From contig JAGYNK010000005.1 of NCBI GenBank assembly GCA_018400055.1, positions 1 to 26,778 on the forward strand: DNA of 26,778 nt, written 5' to 3'. Made by a program: the position numbers and the translations under genes. Each line of letters begins with the position of its first letter. Position 1 is the stretch's first letter. The notes beneath the pieces were generated by a model. That model saw nothing but the letters and a program-made list of their open reading frames with translations, was not told the origin of the DNA and ran no database searches. Positions 23,960 to 26,778 of the stretch are shown here, one piece after another. Source of the stretch: Candidatus Moraniibacteriota bacterium. GTDB taxonomy: Bacteria; Patescibacteriota; Minisyncoccia; Moranbacterales; UBA9337.

Positions 23960-25531
23960 ATGTACGATGTAATAATAAAAAACGGAACAGTTATTAACGG
24001 CTTGGGCGAGCCGATGTTTGGAGCGGACGTGGGTATAGAGGAGGATAAAATTAGAAAAATTGGCGATTTAAGCGGAGAAACGGCGGAGAAAATCATTGAT
24101 GCTTCCGGACAATATATCGCGCCCGGGTTTATAGATGTGACTAACCATTCCGATACTTATTGGCGGATTTTTTCAAACCCCGAGCTTGAGAGCTTAGTTT
24201 ATCAAGGAGTTACCACTATAATTGGGGGAAATTGCGGATCGTCTTTGGCTCCTTTGGCTAATCATAATATGATTAAGTCCATAAGAAAATGGGCGGATGT
24301 CAGTCAAACTAACCTTAATTGGCTCAAAATGGGAGAATTTCTAAATGAAGTGGAGAGAAGCAGGCTATCCATTAATTTCGCCACTTTAGTGGGGCATGGA
24401 ACTTTAAGAAGAGGGATTGTTAGAGATGAAACAAGAAGCTTGAATTCGCATGAAATTGATGTTATGAAAGATATGTTGAAAGGAGCTTTAAAAGAAGGAG
24501 CCTTGGGATTTTCCACCGGATTGGTTTATACGCACGCGAAGCAAGCGGACAAAGAAGAAATAGCGGAGTTAGCTGAAATAGTTAAAAAGCGCAAGGGGGT
24601 TTACACGACGCATATCAGAGGAGAATCTTACGATTTAATAGAATCTTTGGAGGAGGCGATTGAGGTGGCGAGAAGCACCGGAGTAGCTTTGCAAATTTCT
24701 CACATAAAAGCTATGGGAGAAAAGAACTGGCATTTGATAGATGAAGCGATTAATTTGATTGAAAGCGCCAAAAGCGATGGTATCAATATTGATTTTGACG
24801 TTTATCCTTACACGAGTACCGGTTCGGTTTTATATATATTTCTTCCGGATTGGGTTACGGAAGGGGGAAGAGAAATGATGCTTAGTCGGCTTAGGGATTC
24901 TGAAATCAGGAAAGAAGTGATAGAGGATATGAAAAGAAATAATTTTGATTATTCCAAGGTCATTATTTCCATTTCATCTTTAAATAAAGAGCTGAATCGT
25001 AAAAGGATAGTTGACATAGCGAGAATTCAAGGAAAGTCGGTAGAGGAAGCTATTGTGGATATTTTAATTGCCAGTGGTGGGAGAGTGGTTACGATAATGG
25101 AAATTCTAAGCGAAAAAAATGTAAAGAAAATCATTCAACATCCTTTTTCTATTGTTTCTTCCAACGGAGCAGGTTATAATACGGATTATAAAAAATCGGG
25201 AGATTTGGTTCATCCCAGAAATTTCGGTTCTTTTCCGAGAGTGTTGGGAAAATATGTTAGGGAAGAGAAAATTTTAAGCTGGGAAGAAGCCATTTATAAA
25301 ATGAGCGGAAAGCCGGCAAAAAAATACGGATTGAAAAAAAGAGGTTCTTTAGAGAAAGGAAATTTTGCCGATGTGGTAATCTTTAATCCCGAAAAGGTTA
25401 AAGACTTATCCACAGTGGACGATCCTTATCAATATGCCAAGGGCGTTAGTTGGGTTTTTGTAAATGGTGAGATTATAATGGAAGAAGGAAAATTTAACGG
25501 ATCCAGAGCGGGCAGGGTCATAAGGAAATAA
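23960..25531 (+). CDS. N-acyl-D-amino-acid deacylase (D-aminoacylase)-like amidohydrolase with non-canonical active-site residues
   Basis: APGFID, GVTTIIGGNCG, GFSTGL.Y, YTTHIRGE, QISHIK, HPRNFGSFPR, AIYKMS, ADVVIFNP. Confidence 0.85.
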   Translation: MYDVIIKNGTVINGLGEPMFGADVGIEEDKIRKIGDLSGETAEKIIDASGQYIAPGFIDVTNHSDTYWRIFSNPELESLVYQGVTTIIGGNCGSSLAPLANHNMIKSIRKWADVSQTNLNWLKMGEFLNEVERSRLSINFATLVGHGTLRRGIVRDETRSLNSHEIDVMKDMLKGALKEGALGFSTGLVYTHAKQADKEEIAELAEIVKKRKGVYTTHIRGESYDLIESLEEAIEVARSTGVALQISHIKAMGEKNWHLIDEAINLIESAKSDGINIDFDVYPYTSTGSVLYIFLPDWVTEGGREMMLSRLRDSEIRKEVIEDMKRNNFDYSKVIISISSLNKELNRKRIVDIARIQGKSVEEAIVDILIASGGRVVTIMEILSEKNVKKIIQHPFSIVSSNGAGYNTDYKKSGDLVHPRNFGSFPRVLGKYVREEKILSWEEAIYKMSGKPAKKYGLKKRGSLEKGNFADVVIFNPEKVKDLSTVDDPYQYAKGVSWVFVNGEIIMEEGKFNGSRAGRVIRK

Positions 25532-25549
25532 GAATTTAAAAAGTAATAT

Positions 25550-26778
25550 ATGACAGACATTTTTTTAAAAAATAAAAAAGTAACGGTTTTCGGGTTGGGG
25601 CTTCACGGAGGAGGAGTGGGGACGGTTAAATTTTTAGCCAGCCAAGGAGCCAGAATAATAGTGACTGATATCAAAACCAGAGAGCAGTTAGCTGATTCTT
25701 TGGAAAAGCTTAAAGGAGTAAAAAACGTTGAGTATGTTTTGGGTCAGCACCGTCAGGAAGACTTTACCAAGGTGGATATGATCATAAAAACTCCAAGCGC
25801 GTCTTGGAGCAATAAACATATAAAATTAGCCTTGGAAAAAAATATTCCTGTGGAAGTGGACTCCGGGTTGTTTTTTAAGTTGTGCAAGAATCCGATTATT
25901 GGAGTTACCGGAACTAAAGGAAAAACGACCACGGCAACGATAATTTATGAGATTTTAAAATTGGCGGGGAAGAATCCGGTTAAAGTCGGTGTCGGACAGG
26001 TGTCCGCTTTGGATAAATTGGAAAGTCTAAAAAAGAATTCAGTGGTGGTGTTTGAACTTTCAAGTTGGCGCTTGTCGGCTTTGGGAAGAAACAAGCAAAG
26101 TCCGTTTATTGCGGTTTTAAGCAATATTTTTCCCGATCATCTCAATTATTACCAAACGATGGAAAGTTATATAAAAGATAAGAAAAACATTTTTGTTTAT
26201 CAGGGTCCGAAAGATTGGTTGGTTACCAATGAAGACGATGAAAATTTAAGGCTTATCACCAAAGAAGCCAAATCTCAAATTGTAAAATATTCTAAATTTC
26301 CGATGAAGAACGGTCATTCAATATTTATGGAGAACGAGGCTATTTATCTTAACGACGGGGTGGACACTGAAAAAATTGTATCACGAGAAGAACTTAAAAT
26401 AAAAGGGCGTCACAACATAGGGAATATTATGGCGGCTATCGGAGCGGCTTACGCTTATGGGGTTGAAATCGCGAAAATAAAAGAAGCGGTGAGTAATTTT
26501 AAAGGCATTGCTCATCGTTTGGAATTTGTTGACAAAATAAAGGAAGTAAGATTTTATAACGATACAGCGGCTACAATTCCGGAAGCAACCATATCCGCGC
26601 TTGAATCTTTTACTCAACCTGTCATTTTAATTGCGGGAGGCGCTGATAAAAATCTTGACTTTTCCCTTTTGGGCAGTATGATTGCCAAGAAAGTTAAAGG
26701 GTTGGTTTTACTTAAAGGAAGCGCTACGGAAGAATTGTTGAGGCAAATTAAAAAGAATTTACCGGAAGAAAAAAAAGA
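25550..26778 (+). CDS. murD: UDP-N-acetylmuramoyl-L-alanine:D-glutamate ligase, partial (runs off the window end; not in the ORF track)
   Basis: Manual translation from ATG 25550: VFGLGLHGGGVG, GVTGTKGKTTT, FELSSW, NIFPDHLNYY, HRLEFV, YNDTAATIPEAT, IAGGADK; frame checked at 25910 and 26759. Confidence 0.93.
   Translation, partial: MTDIFLKNKKVTVFGLGLHGGGVGTVKFLASQGARIIVTDIKTREQLADSLEKLKGVKNVEYVLGQHRQEDFTKVDMIIKTPSASWSNKHIKLALEKNIPVEVDSGLFFKLCKNPIIGVTGTKGKTTTATIIYEILKLAGKNPVKVGVGQVSALDKLESLKKNSVVVFELSSWRLSALGRNKQSPFIAVLSNIFPDHLNYYQTMESYIKDKKNIFVYQGPKDWLVTNEDDENLRLITKEAKSQIVKYSKFPMKNGHSIFMENEAIYLNDGVDTEKIVSREELKIKGRHNIGNIMAAIGAAYAYGVEIAKIKEAVSNFKGIAHRLEFVDKIKEVRFYNDTAATIPEATISALESFTQPVILIAGGADKNLDFSLLGSMIAKKVKGLVLLKGSATEELLRQIKKNLPEEKK

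Noticed and set aside
45-26617. Numerous minus-strand and alternate-frame ORFs in the track (for example 9494-9964, 10274-10765, 13145-13762, 20444-20695)
   Set aside because: They overlap well-supported plus-strand genes, are Phe/Ser/Ile-rich mirror translations of Lys/Glu-rich sense codons, and have no recognisable motifs

Overview
All-plus-strand bacterial core region, AT-rich, standard code 11 (TGA ends rpsJ and secY). It carries fusA-tuf-rpsJ, the S10 and spc ribosomal-protein blocks, secY and map, then a TrpR-like regulator, a small NDT-like hypothetical, yqgF/ruvX, a GT2 glycosyltransferase, galT, a COG2426-like membrane protein, tpiA-fba-gap, a D-aminoacylase-like amidohydrolase and a 3'-truncated murD. 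No rpmD (L30), long charged r-protein extensions and no Shine-Dalgarno motifs point to a Patescibacteria/CPR (Parcubacteria-like) genome; this taxonomy is inference. The unexplained structure is mostly intergenic: (i) an identical 30-bp perfect palindrome on each side of the TrpR-like gene, 583 bp apart; (ii) hairpins of about 75-105 nt, built from 7- or 9-nt tandem units, filling many gene junctions, plus solo arrays at stop codons; (iii) a 20-bp GC-rich palindrome twice sitting at a T/CGA junction; (iv) a 520-bp rplO-secY spacer with a terminator, an arm-duplicated palindrome and a promoter. At the protein level, the D-aminoacylase homolog next to murD has Thr and Asn at two positions that are normally a metal-binding His and the catalytic Asp. 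No tRNA, rRNA, CRISPR array or transposase was seen. All family assignments come from motif recognition without database searches.
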